DNA of 64,000 nt from Vicugna vicugna. Taxonomy: Eukaryota. A program made the translations under genes and the position numbers. Positions within the stretch are counted from its first letter, which is position 1. Each line of letters starts with the position of its first letter. The stretch spans positions 2,319,696 through 2,383,695 of the forward strand of contig MU058540.1 in assembly GCA_013265495.1 (NCBI GenBank). Reading direction: 5' to 3'. The notes under the pieces were generated by a model. It did not search any database. It had not been told where the DNA came from and saw nothing but the letters and a program-made list of their open reading frames with translations. Positions 24,931 through 39,190 of the stretch are shown piece by piece.

Positions 24931-26679
24931 TCCTGGATGAGTAGAAAGAATTTAAATAAAATCTAGATCCTTGGCACATTTTTATGGAAATAAAATTTCC
25001 ATATAATGGTATCTTACATTTGCATAACACATTGCAGTTTTATAAAGCTTTCTCATTTATTGTGTAATTTTACACTTGAAACAACCTTATAAAAGAAAGC
25101 AAAGTGTACATTATTCTCATTTTACAAGTGGAGAAACTAAAGCCCACAAGTTTAAAAAGCCTTGGCTGTTGAATCATTAGAGTTGGGACTAGAACCCAAG
25201 CGTCTGGCTAGGAAGCCTAGTTTTCTTTATACTCAATTATGTTGCTATGTTGCAGGGAAGGATTAAGGGGTAAAAGTGTAACTACCAATTTTCACTGAAA
25301 ATGCTAAGGGTTAAGGGGTCAACACAGCGTCTTCTAACTTCTCTATCTAAAATAGCTTCCATCATTATCATTTTACCCTTTCCTTTTCTTTATAGCACTT
25401 GCCAGTATTTGTCTATTTGTTCATTGTCTGTTTCACACACTAAAATTTAAGTCCAGAAGGAAAGACTTTGTTCACAGCTATGTCCTCACCACCCAAAATA
25501 ATGCCTGACACTTAGCAGGCCTTCAGTATCTCTTAAATGATGGTCAGGTATCTAGTTAGTGGCATCATGATGCAGCAGAAAAAGCACTGTACAGGATATC
25601 AGGAGACTGTGGCTCCAGCTCTGGCTATTTCTCTAACTAGCTGTATGACTGGGGGCAAATTTCTTAGGAACTGAGTTTCACTTTCCTTGTCCATAAAATG
25701 ACATGGTTTGACCATATTACCTCTAAGGGTCACATTAAGCTTTAAAAATCTGTAGCATCATCCTGCTCTTAAAGAGACTGAGAAGGAGGAGTTAATGAGA
25801 ATGGAGATTTAGCCATCTCTGGAGAAAGTATAACCACTCTTGGTCATCTGTGTTTTTGGATAATAAAAAGGCATGAACGCTAATATTCTTCCACATAAAT
25901 GTGAAAAAGTATATGCAGTACATATACAGGTAAACATTCAAATTCTGTAGATGACACAAATAGTTCTTTCACAAATAGGTGACGTTGCAAACAAGTTAAA
26001 TGTATCAGCAACATTGTTTTCCTTCAGAATTATAATGTATCAGAAGCAGCAAGCATTATTTCACCACTAACATTTATAGAGCACTTACTGTATATTAAGC
26101 ATTGCACTGGGTATTTTTCATGAGTTATTTCATTTAATTCCGACAGCAATTATAGTACCACTATTATCCCATCAGGCGATATGACTGAGGCTTCAGAAAA
26201 GTTAGGTAACTGGGCCATTGTTATATAATGTATTTTTATCCTCAAAGCATTGGGTAGCAGAAATGTGCTATATAACACTTAAGAACTAATGATCACAAAT
26301 TCAATAAAGAAGTGAGAATGTAGTTGGGGAATATAGAACAGGATGGAAGAGGTATTTTGCAATGTATTACTGAAGAGAAATAGTACTTTGTGTCTTTTAC
26401 AGAAAAAAAAACCCACAGGTAGAACTGTACACTAAAACATAAGTAATATTTTTTGCTTTCTTTCCCCAACTCATAGGAATACTGATCCAGACTGCCTTAC
26501 TTTTCCTCTGTAATCTTACAATAAACTTCCATTACTAGAGTATATCTGTTTCTGGCAACTAAAAGAGCCTAATTAACCTGCTAATTATATTCCAATTATA
26601 AAAGATGCCATCCTGGGTTAGATCTGGGGTCTAGAATCCAGCATTCTGTTTCTGAAAGTGGCACTAAAGGAGGGATGGC

Positions 26680-26966
26680 ATGAAGCAGGCAACCTATGAA
26701 CATCAAGGCATGGTGGGAACAGCGGGACTGGGAAAGGCAGCTGCAGCTGCTCAGCTGCAGCAATTATTGCCATGGGTCTTGCAGGGCCCAGCGTGGCCAG
26801 ATCTGATCTTTTCCAAGAGAAGCCAAAATTCTAGATTTTTATGTGCAATCTTCTGACTTTTAAATGTTGTCAGTTACATTACATATTTTTAAAAACACAG
26901 TACACATCTAACAAAACATCTCTGCAGGCCAGATGCAACTTGTGAACCACTTGTGTGTGACCTCTG
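26680..26966. mobile_element. MER102-like hAT-Charlie element
   Basis: ggcccagcgtggccagatct...caagagaagcc...gatttttatgtg...gacctctg. Confidence 0.7.
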
Positions 26967-27777
26967 TCCCAAGAGCCTTGTTGTTGAGGACACAAAATAT
27001 CCTCATTTCCTTCCATCACAAATTATAGTTTTTGCTCCAAGAATTTCTCTAACTCTTTTTCAAAGATAAAGCATTTTATATGTCCTGTTGTCACATCCTT
27101 TGGAGGTATTGTATCTCATCTGTTTGCTTTTCAAAAGAAGCATTTCATTTTATTATCTTCAGTCTGCATCATTTAAATTTCAAGAGGTGGCCACCATCTC
27201 TTAGACTAGAATTCGGTAAGTCTGTCTGCTTTTATTTTCACAATTTTACAAATTTCTACCATATGCACTCTTGGCCTTCATTCACTTCTGACTGAAGAAT
27301 GCTATTTCATCTGTGGTCAATTAATTTAGTGTTCCACAAACTTTTGCTGAATTCTAGATGCTCTGAGGATACAAAAGAACAAAGACTCTACAATTTAGTA
27401 GAATAAAAATACCAAAATATGGTGCTGTAAGAGTTTAGAGGTGGGAAAGACAGGAATTAACATGTATTGCTGGCCTGCCATATGCCAGCTTCTTCACACA
27501 CATCATCTCAAGAGATAGGTATTATTTTCCCAATAATGATTATACTCATTTTACTGGTGCATTGAGTTCCTCAGAGTCATACAATAAAAGGCAGAGCCAG
27601 AATCTGAACCTGGTCTTTCTGATTCCAAAATAGATGCCACATCCTAATGCCATGGGATCTCCTATAGAATGGGAATAATAGTCCCAACCTAGAGGGATGA
27701 GGTTGGCCTCCTGGGAGAGATATAATCTGAACTCTGCTCTGGCTAAACTAGGGGCAGGGAGGAGAAAAAGATATTCA

Positions 27778-27953
27778 ATATTAGGGGGAAGAGTATAGCT
27801 CAGTGGTAGACTGCATGCTTAACATACATGAGGTCCTGGGTTCAATCCCCAGTACCTCTATAAAAAAATGTTAAATAACCTAATTACCTCCCCCTAAAAA
27901 AAAACTAATGAAATAAATAATTAAAATTTTTTAAGGAGTTAAAAGGTTTAAAT
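27778..27953 (+). mobile_element. tRNA-derived SINE (camelid vic-1-like)
   Basis: A box tagctcagtggtaga, B box gggttcaatccc, A-rich tail, perfect 12-bp TSD AAAAGATATTCA (27766-27777 / 27954-27965). Confidence 0.9.
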
Positions 27954-28190
27954 AAAAGATATTCAGGAAGAGAACAGGATAACATTACAGAGATAATATA
28001 AGGCAAGTAATTAATAGGTCTGATTAAAGCCTGTCTCAAGCCCAAAAAGTAGGTTGAAGCCTACTCCCGGAGGGTCTTGAATGTTGGGTTGAACATGGAT
28101 TTTTTTAAACTATTTAAAATGTTCGAGGAGTAGTAATATGCATAGAGATGTGCTTTGGCAAGATAATACATGTCAGTGGTATGGTCTTGA

Positions 28191-28390
28191 GCTGTGCTGT
28201 CCAGTATAGTAGCCATTGGCTACCGGTGGCTATTTAAATTTAACTAAATTAAAATAAAATGAAAAATTCAGTTCCTTGGTCACATTAGCTAGATTTCAAG
28301 TGCTCAACAGCCACGGCAGGGGCTACCATACTGGGCAGGGCAGGTATAAAACACTGGCATTGTCACAGAAAGTACTATTGGACAGTGCTG
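28191..28390. mobile_element. MER3-like hAT-Charlie element
   Basis: Inverted termini gtgctgtcca...tggacagtgctg. Confidence 0.8.
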
Positions 28391-29009
28391 GAGATGGGAG
28401 AGACTGAGGCAAAAGGATCAACTGGAGCCCATTGCTATTATGGTTGTCTAGGGTAGAGGCAATCAAGTCATAACTCATGGTACCACAGTGAGGATGGCTA
28501 GGAGGGGCAGGTGGAAAGCTGCCTTCAAAGAGTTCATCATATGACTGGCTAAAGGCAGCAAGGGAAAACATGATTTCATTATTGTTTTGGTTTGTTTTTA
28601 GTAGTCATCTCTGGAATTTCTCTAGCTCCATTATGTCTTTCTTGACTTCTCAGAAACCCCAGTCATTCGTTTTCATGCACTAGCAGGACACTTTCCTATA
28701 AGGTATGATGATCAGAAGCTGCTACTGACAAGCTACGGTAGATGTACTTTAATGTGGAGAAGATGGTGCATTTTCCAAAAAAGTAATCCAAACTACACTG
28801 ATGGGATAATGACCTTTCAGCTGACACACAACCCAAGCGGGAATCTGTTACTAGCTCCTACAAATTCCCTGATGTTTCTTGCCATGAGACAAAATATTTA
28901 GGTGGGTGGGCCATGGCCTGAAAAACTTAAGGTTTCATTTTCTTACTCTACAAGTGTGATATAATTTGGGGCATCCGGATTCACTACTTACTAATAAAAA
29001 TTAATCTCT

Positions 29010-29191
29010 GGAGCCCACATCTGGTCCTCGTACAAACAGCATCAGCATAATGAAGGAATTTGTTAGAAATGCAAATACTCATGCCCCATTAATAAGACAT
29101 AATTAATCAGAAACTCTGAGGATGGGCCAGTAGTCTGGTTTAAGAAGCCCTCCAGGTGATTCTGATACACAGTGAAGCATTTGGACCACTG
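29010..29191. mobile_element. MER5A
   Basis: cagcatcagcat...ttgttagaaatgcaaat...gccctccaggtgattctgat. Confidence 0.8.
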
Positions 29192-30149
29192 TAAATGTAG
29201 CCAATTATCTTTGTTGAGTCAGTCTTTCAGAGCTAACTTAGGGGGCACTGTTAATATGGGCACTTTTGACCCAGCTCCTTCATCCCCCATACTACCCCTA
29301 TTTATCCAGTCATCCACTGATTCATTTACATCATGTTTTGAAAGTATTTAAAAAGCATAGAATAAAAAATTTAAATACAACCCAATTGTATGACTATTAA
29401 CCCAATAGATGTGAAATCCTGAACCTTAGTTTCAAGACTTTCCCCTCATAGGTCTTTCATATGTTCTCTATAATCATGATAATCATGGGAAGGTAAAATC
29501 CACTTCCAAAATTTCAAAATAAATATTTTTAATTCCATCAGAAGCAACAACCCTTTGCCCCTTACTACCTATGTTTTTGTGGTGAATGTATGTGGAAAAA
29601 GAAAAGGCACTGCAAACGCGCATTGCTTTCAGTAACTTTCAGTCACTCTGTCTAGTGGCTGGGGATGAATAATCAGAGGACAGCCCTCAAGGAGACACAC
29701 AGACAACTATCTTTAATGCGACCTGGTAAGAGTATTACCAGTGAGCTATCTTGGAGAGAAACTCATTATTGGGGTGGGGATGTTGAAGGCGGCTTCACGG
29801 GGGACATGGATAAATAAACAGGACTTGATAGGAAAAGAAAGGGGCCAAGAGAGGTGGGAGTAGAGGCTCAGTCAGAAGGAACTGAAAGAACAAAAGCAGT
29901 GACGTCTGAAAAGAAGAGGCGCGTCTGGGCAGTCGGGCCTCAGGAGGAGATGGATGGGGTGGTCAGGTGAGGCTTGGGCAGCAGACCAGCTCTGGGCTCC
30001 CAACAACCCACAGGAACAGTGTGGAAGGATTCAGCTTGCCAAACGTACACACAATCTCTTGTCATTGCCATTCCACGCGGCATTTCAAAAGTAGAGACCA
30101 CACCTCTGAGAGGGAAGCTCCCAGGGACGACCGTCATTCATTCATTCCA

Positions 30150-30720
30150 CAAACACATACTGAGCGCCTACAACGATCCTGGCCCTGCGGTGACGGCCGC
30201 AGCCTCCGCCTGGGGACTCCCAAGGGTAACGAGGGGCTGGTCCCTCGCATCCGACGCCGGAGCCGGGGCCCGCCGCGCCCTCGCCGCTCGCCACCTGGGG
30301 CTGCCGGCAGCGGCTCCCCTGGTTCCCGGGTTCACCTGGTTCCTGGGCTGGGGCGGGAGGGCAGCCGTTGGAGTCGGAAGCAGCTCCGGCCGGGCTGGCG
30401 GCGCTGTGGGCGCGGACGCCGGCGGTTCCGAGCCGTTGCGGCCGAACCCGCGGGCGTTCCGGCGGGCGGGCGGGGGACAAGAGCGGGGAGAGGGGTCCCT
30501 GGGCGTGGAAGCCCCCTACCTGTGTCGCCCAGCCCTCCACTTGACCACTCTCGGTTGACGGCCTACTCGAGGCCAGCCTCGCGCCCCGCACTTCACATAC
30601 TCCCGACGACCCCTTTGGGACAGACGGTGCGGAGGAAACTGGAAGCTGGAGGAGCCCCTAGCTCTCAACCCCGCAAGCCTGGCTCCTCCCACTGAAGGGC
30701 ATTCTCCCGGCGAGATCTCC
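30150..30720 (-). promoter_or_regulatory. SLC26A8: CpG island / promoter and non-coding first exon(s) of SLC26A8
   Basis: Very GC- and CpG-rich, with GGGCGG boxes. Two minus-strand donor-like sites: CAG|GTGAAC (exon end 30336) and CAG|GTAGGG (exon end 30520). The first coding exon has an acceptor 2 nt before the ATG, so an upstream exon is required. Confidence 0.75.
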
Positions 30721-30739
30721 TCTCTGCCCCTCTCCCCGC

Positions 30740-31130
30740 CAACACCCTTTAACCTCCTTCTGAAGCTCAATTCCTGTCACTGTCTCTCTATGCCTTGTAG
30801 ACCTACTTGGTCCAGTTGCAATTTTCCACTCGCTTGATTACTGTATTAACGTCTAATATATTATTCACTTTACCTATTCCTTTTTAAAATTTGTCTCATC
30901 TCCACAAGGGCAGGGATTTTTATCTCTTTTATTAACTGCTGTATCATGAGTGCCTAGAGTAATGTGGTATATATAGTAAGTGCTCAATAAATTTGCGTTG
31001 AATAATTGAATGATTGCCCCTCTGTTAATGCAAGCTCCAGGTAGGCAGCAACTGTCTGCTTTTTAATCACCTTTCCATCAGAAGTGCCTAGTAGGCATTC
31101 AATACGTATTTGTTGAATGAATGAGTGAAT
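30740..31130 (+). mobile_element. L2 3' ends (two)
   Basis: gtgctcaataaatttgcgttgaat and tatttgttgaatgaatga termini. Confidence 0.75.
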
Positions 31131-32059
31131 TATTGCTTACTTCATCTTTATCCCCTTGGTCACTCTCACTTCATCATCCCAATTTGTTGGATAAATACAT
31201 GAATTTCTTAGAATTCTTCTTTCCAAGTTTCCGTCCTTGTTTCCATTCACTCATCACTTTGATTCCCCATTCCACCCCTCATTTGTGCAAAATGAGTTGC
31301 ATTTTTGGTCTCACTTCCTCCTTCAACCTCCATTACTTCTAGAAAGCTCCTAAATCTGCAGGTTGGCTTAGAACATTTCCAAGCAACATGTCTTCATAGG
31401 CAAGAGAATCCACGCTAAGCCACATTGAATCCAAAGAAAGCTTTCCACGAATCACCCATGGCCCTGGTTTGGGGCTTTAATTATCCTTGAGGAGAACTGA
31501 GGATCTGGCACCACCTCCTAAATTGAGATCGTGGTCATTGTTCATAATTTGTTCAACAAATATTTATGGGGTACCTTTCATATTTAAGGCACTATGTTAG
31601 ATGCTGGACCAAGACAGGCAAAGTCTGAGAGCTCCAAGGGCTGCATAACACAAAAGAAAACAATTATGGATAGTAATGAGAAGTGTCCTGGCTTGAACTT
31701 AGCTATTTCTAAAAGAAATGAGTAAGAATGAGATAGGATCAAATTCTTCTCCTTATTGTAACAAATTTTAGCACAGGAATAGGTTAAGAGTGGAGGGGGG
31801 AGGAACGTATGGGGTTATAATACATTGCGCATTCATATTTATTATCTTGTTCAGCTTTCAGGTGGAAATGTAGGGCAGGAATCCTCTTTCGCATTAACTG
31901 GAACTAAGATCTAAGAAAGGTCAGTTGACTTGCCCAATGTGACACTGCCAGAAGACCCCTGCCTGCACTGTCCTTACTCCAAGGGGCATAGCTTAAATGC
32001 TTAAAATCCTCCTCGCTGGAAGCTCTTCAACGTAGGAGTCAATTTCAAATCTTCAGAGT

Positions 32060-32255
32060 AATGGTTTTAAAAACGCTTCTCAAAGGGAGATATGAGGGAT
32101 TTTCCTGAATCTGAATTACCTGGGCGTGTTGTAAAATGGACATTCTTGGTGCCCAACACGGATCTATCCAATTAAATTCGCTGTGGATTCTGGGAATCTG
32201 TATTTTTAAATTCTCCAGGGGATTCTTCTGCTTAGAAAAGTTTGAGAACTACTAG
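32060..32255. mobile_element. MER5-like element
   Basis: gggaatctgtatttttaaa..ctccaggggattct...agtttgagaactact. Confidence 0.65.
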
Positions 32256-32419
32256 TAGAGTTTGGGTGGAAAACCTCAACCTTAATGCAGGGCTAATATT
32301 TACCTTTGGGACAGACTTCGTCAGAATTCCAAAGAGTAAGCCATATGTCCTTGAGCAGATGGGACCGCAACGACTTTCTGGTAGGGAATTTTCTCTTTTT
32401 TAGGAAAGCATTTCTTGGA

Positions 32420-33750
<1,331 letters not shown>

Positions 33751-36717
33751 GTCATCTAAACAGAACTGAGGACGAAGGGCGTTCTGTCTGGATTTTTTTT
33801 TTTTTTTTTGCAAACCTCTGTCGAAATCCCATTTTAAGAAGCGTTCTTTTTGAATTCGCACTTGAGTTAGCAGCTATCCATAGGGCTTAAAATACCGACT
33901 TTATCTCGGTGCGCACTGTGCCAGTTTGAGTGGTGTGTTTCCGATTCAGTTGAAAGCGTATTTCCTTTTCATAGAGTGGGGGGTGGGTGTTAATGCCTGC
34001 AAACACACTGCAGCTTGAGAAACTGGCGGCCTCACTGATTAGTCACATACCACTGCTCATTTAAGTATTGTTTGACAAAACAATTTTCTCCTTTGGAGCA
34101 AGTGAGATTCAGATCCGTTGGACGCCCTCAAGATCAAAAAGTTAACAATGCTGGGAGGAATTGTAAATATTTTTTTAATTGCGATAATTCTTGTGAAATA
34201 CTGTGTGTTTAAAGTCCCTTAGAGAGTTTGCAGGGGACTTAATTTACACTTAAGCTGAGGTACACAGTAGTTTTCGTAAGGATATGGAGTATATAGAAAA
34301 GGAAGGAAGAGACGCTTTCAGCTTTAATTCACACTGTGAATGTGTTTTAAATTAAATGATACCATAAAACTTCAGGACGTGAAATAGTTCACTAACTTCT
34401 GTAACTTCCAAAGTTTTATACACTGTATTTTAGGTTTACTGTCATTTGAAAGCTCCTGATCTGAAGCTAATTCATATAATTCATGTGCCTGCATTGTTTG
34501 AAGAGGTCTACAATATTATTTTTTTGTTCTGGCACAAATTCCAGGCTTTTAGATGCGTTAATCTTTAAATATAATTCCTGTGTTTCTTAAAGTCCCAGCA
34601 TGAATTTCCTGTTTGGTAGAATCTTCTGGGTAATTGAGATTGTGCAATTGTGTCCAGCAGCAGATCATGTTGCATTTTCTAGTTCAGGCTGCTTGAGTTA
34701 TGTTGCTGATGGCACTATGCTTGACATCTTTTTCCCGTTTTTATAGTATGGCAGTTTATATATTTCAAGGGAATTTGCAGCATTTTACCATACATATATG
34801 TACATGTGCTGTTGATTTACTAATTTTGGAAAATGTGCTTGGATCATTGCTTCTTTAATAGCTCATTAGTTCACCTCCATTTTTCATTCTTGAGTTGACA
34901 CTTTAATTTTTGTAGTCTTAAGTTTTTATTTCCAATGATGTTTAAGCTTTAATGGAGTGATACAGCAGAATAGCTCAACTATGGGGAGCTTAGTGAACTT
35001 GAAAAGAACTGCTTGCAAGATTTCCTGCTGCTGGTGTGAAACACTGCCCTGGCACTGGAGACCCACATTTACAGCAAACTGCCATTAAAATGAACATGAC
35101 TTTTTTTTTTTTTTTACTACTATACTTTTCTGGTTTATAGACTTCAGCAGTATCTGACACTTAGAAGTAATTTTGTTAAAACAGGTTTTTAAAAGTAGAT
35201 AATGCATTCACATTGTGTAAAATTCAAAAAATACACAAGGATAGTCAGTGAAAAGTCTTTCCTTAGTCTCCAGCCTTGCTATTCCTTTCCTCAGAGACAA
35301 CCACTGTTAAGTTTCTCATATCTTTCCATGCAGGCAGAGATTGTTTTAATATCGATGGAGTAAAGTAACAACCGATATCTGACAATTGACAGTAAACAAA
35401 TGTAACATGTTGGATTGAAAATATCAGAATTTAGATTTACAAGTGTTTTCTCATTCAGAGTAGTTATTTGAAGTTCTTCCAATTAGTAGTTTTCAGGTGT
35501 GGTAAAAAACTTTTTTTTTAATTTCTCTTAGAATCCATTCAGTAACCTCTGTTATTTTTCACCATCTTCATTTTTTTGAGAGCAGATTCAATTTCAGGAA
35601 ATAACAAAATCAAATTGAATCCAAATAATTTACAGAATCTGGACTCAAGTCTGGTGGAAAAGGTTAGGCAGTCAGGTTGGTGATACCGTTTTAGGTCAGA
35701 TAGGAGTTGTAACTACAAAGTAGTGACACAGAATTTCTTGTGTGACTTGTAGAACTGGATCTGAAGTCTGTTCTGTTAAAAGCTCTGAAAAGTATTTCAA
35801 GGAATACAACATTACTGAAATAATGTGTCAGTTTCCTAATTTGATTGTTCTGAAGTGTGATACACTTTGATGTGTAACTTACAAAATTTTAAAAATATTA
35901 AGCTGATTTTCAGTATTTAATTTGTACTAAATATATAGTAAGAAGGCAAAAATGTAGTAACCTGTGGGATAACCAACTGTGAATCAAAGATCAAGAAATC
36001 AGACCAGAAATTTGGGAATTGATAGTTTTGCAAATATGCCTTTCCTTTTTAAGGTGTAAAGGGAACTAAACTAAGTCTTGCAATTTTAAGGAACTTTGTG
36101 TACTGTCAGTGAGGGGAAATGAAGCAGAATCGTTTGAGAATACGTTGTTGCAAAGCATTGATTTTGTGGTTGTGGGACAGAAGGGGCGGAGAATCTTTGT
36201 GGTGAGTTTAAGGAAATATAAACAGGAACTTAAATGCCTTTCCTCTGGGTTATCGGTTTTCCAGACCCTTGCCATTGATTACAGGAGGTGGGGCTCTGGG
36301 AACCATAAAATAGGTGAGAGTTGAGAATTATTCTTAAATCATATCCAATCATTGATTAAATAGTATTTATTGAATACCTGCTGTGGACCAGATAGCAGGC
36401 GAGGTTTCTTGCGATAGAGTGCTAAACAAGACTTAGCAAGACAGTCCATTCCCTGATACGATTTATAGCCTAATGCGAATAATAACTGCATTTTATGAGT
36501 TGCTTTCTATGTTCCAGGCATTGTGCTGTGCAGTTTCTATTTATCATCGTTATATAAAACATATAACAAGACTTTTAGTAAGAAGGTTACAAAATTTACT
36601 AAGAAATCAAATCCAACTTCCTAAATGCATTGTGGAACAAGATTGTATGTAAATAAATATAATGAAAATAAGTGATGCTAAATTTTTTTTAGTATTAATG
36701 GCCATTCACCATTTAAA

Positions 36718-36803
36718 ATCATTTTTTTCTTTCTTTTCTTTTTTCTCTTCTTTTCTGTTTTTTTTTTTTTTTTTTTTCTTTTTTCGTGTGGGTTTTTTTT
36801 TTT
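36718..36803. repeat. T-rich low-complexity tract
   Basis: Directly visible. Confidence 0.9.
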
Positions 36804-38589
36804 TAAGCATGAGCCAGGCAGGAATAAATAAAAATGCGTCATTACTGACTATGCAAAGATGACTTTCTTGACTCCTAATCAGTGAGAGGGGTGTGCCCTT
36901 TGTTTTTCTAGTATTGATAATAGGCCCATGCTGATCTTTCTTCCCATTTGCTTTACTTTGTAACCAAAAGCAAGATGATTGGCTGCATGTTATCAGTGCC
37001 AACCAATAAATATTTAAACACTAAGGCAAATGTTTGTATTACTGATATATAGAGACTTTTAAGAAAGTTTGAGTCAAGTCAGCTATCAAGTCACACTTTA
37101 TTTATCAGATCCCATTTTCCACTGATACTTCTCTACTGGCTTCCATTTTAAAATAAGAATATTCTGAACCTCTAGCTTTTCAGGTCTGCCAGTTTAAGTT
37201 CTTGATACTCAGGACTACTCTGCTTTTGATTTTCCTCTAACTCAGCCTCAAAGATGAACTGTGTTGACTTTGTCTTTCATGGGCAACAGTACAGATGATG
37301 CTGAGCCTCTGGGGCTTAGGATTCAAAGGTAGAAGAATACACTGCTGGATCCCTCTCACTTTAATATTAACTGACATTTTCATGGGATTTTACTCTTTAT
37401 AATGTATCTGCATTCAAATCATTGTCATTCCATTTTCACTGGGTATATGAAGGCTGGTATTATTAACCTAGTTGTATACATGAGGAGCCAGACTCATTCA
37501 TTAAAGGGATGGCATACTTGTCAGTGCTGCTTTGGACCTGGGGTTTCAGCATTTTAGAATTCTCCTTTCCTGTACATGTAGGCTGCTGGATTGTGTCGGG
37601 GCACTTTCTCTTGTGCTGTTTGCCTCTCTTTTTCCCTCCTTTTGTGAAGAAAGGGATTGCTGGGTCACTTGAAAGAATAGAGCTATGACTCCATGAAACC
37701 AATCCCACCAGTGTCAGCCTAGCTAATGTGAGAGGTAATGACTTCTAAAAGTCACATCTCTTCCTCAGAATTGACAAACCAAAAATGGACTCATTGCCCA
37801 GATTAAATTTTTTCCCAAAGAATTATCAGACAGTGTTAATTCTTGAATTTTTGAGTCCTGTTGATTTGAAATTCTTCAGTGCACATTTTATAAACTTGGG
37901 ACTATATGTGTTTCTGTTATGTTAGTATAGGATATAAGTGGAAATAACTGCCTCTGTAGGCCTTTGAAAATACATTGGATTCTTGCTCTTTACTGTGAAA
38001 TTTGGTACTGATTTGTTCTTATCCAAGAGATATTATTACTGTAATGCTTAAAAAAACTATATTATAAAATGGGTTCCCCTGACTTTTGAAACCTAGGAAT
38101 TTCATTTCATGGCTGCCATGTACTTGGAAGTGGTGCTCATGCTTTATTTCTTCAGGACAAAAACAAAATCTCTTTAAGCCTTTTTTTTTTTTTTAATAAA
38201 TGAAGCTTTTGGTATTAGAAGTAGTTTGTCTTTGCATTGTGCTTGCATAAATTAAGTACATATGTATTAAAGATTTATAAAATTAATCAGTTTCCCAGCA
38301 TGTTAGCCTTTTAATAATTTATTCTGGGGAAGAAGTAGGTGGTGGTCTGTAAATTCTGCATTTTTGACAAGTAGATCCTGGATTCTGATATGCTTGGCTC
38401 CTAAGCTGGATGTTGGGGAGGAAGAGGTACAGAAGAGAGAGGAGTCTAGAATGTCCCCTAAGTTTTGGCCTCAGACAAATGGGTAGATCTGGACTTTGGA
38501 GTCTTATAGGGTATAAGATTGTGGAGACAAAGGTAGAGGAGGATGGGTTCATGCTAATCTCCTTGATAGGACTCTGTGTGTTATATTGA

Positions 38590-39190
38590 TACTTTGAGCA
38601 CCTCTGTGTGTGGATCACTCTTTAGGTGCTGGAGATGTAGTATGAACAAAATAGTCACAATTTTCTGCCCATAAGAAACTGTAGTCTAAGGGTGGACGAG
38701 AAGAAGCAGACAGTAAACAAATAATTAAAATTTATTGTGTGTCAGCTGAGAAGTGCTATGGGGAAAATAAAGTAAGGCAAGGAGAGAATACTGGGATGAC
38801 TGTGTTGCACTTTTAAGCAGGGTAAACAGGGTCTTAGCGATAAAGTGACAGTTGAGCAAAGACCTGAAGGAAGTGATGTAGAACACTGGTTGGACATGGA
38901 TGGGGAGGGAAGAATATTCCATGCTGAGGGATCAGCATGTGCAAAGGCCCTAAGGCAAAGGCCTTGTTCTCCAGCATAGCTCGGAGACCAGTATGGCTCA
39001 AAATGAATGAAGCAGCGGCAATTAATTAATAATAGTAGGAGAAGGGGGTGGAGGGCTGCAGAGGTCCTGGGATTATAAAAGATCTTACTTGTTTTTGTAA
39101 GAATGGTGCCTTTTACTCTGAGTGAGGGAGAGGCTATGGAGGGTTATGAGGAGGAGAGACATGATCTAACTTATGTTTTCACAGATCACT
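38590..39190 (-). mobile_element. L2 fragment
   Basis: ttgagcacc..tgtg...taggtgctggagat...ttgagcaaagacctgaagg...gcatgtgcaaaggccct. Confidence 0.75.

Larger units (their letters stand above)
1..30720 (-). other. SLC26A8: SLC26A8 gene span (5' part; continues beyond position 1)
   Basis: Seven in-phase coding exons translate to a protein matching my recollection of the human SLC26A8/TAT1 N-terminal region. The 5' end is placed approximately, at the CpG island. Confidence 0.9.

Noticed and set aside
27783..27860. tRNA gene
   Set aside because: tRNA-like head only, followed by a SINE body and tail and flanked by a TSD.
29967..30770. Long overlapping ORFs (242, 194, 149 aa) on both strands
   Set aside because: Stop-poor GC-rich CpG island; low-complexity R/G/P/A translations, mostly non-ATG starts, no recognisable domain.
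36662..37002. Poly-Phe / poly-Lys ORFs
   Set aside because: Translations of a T-rich low-complexity tract.
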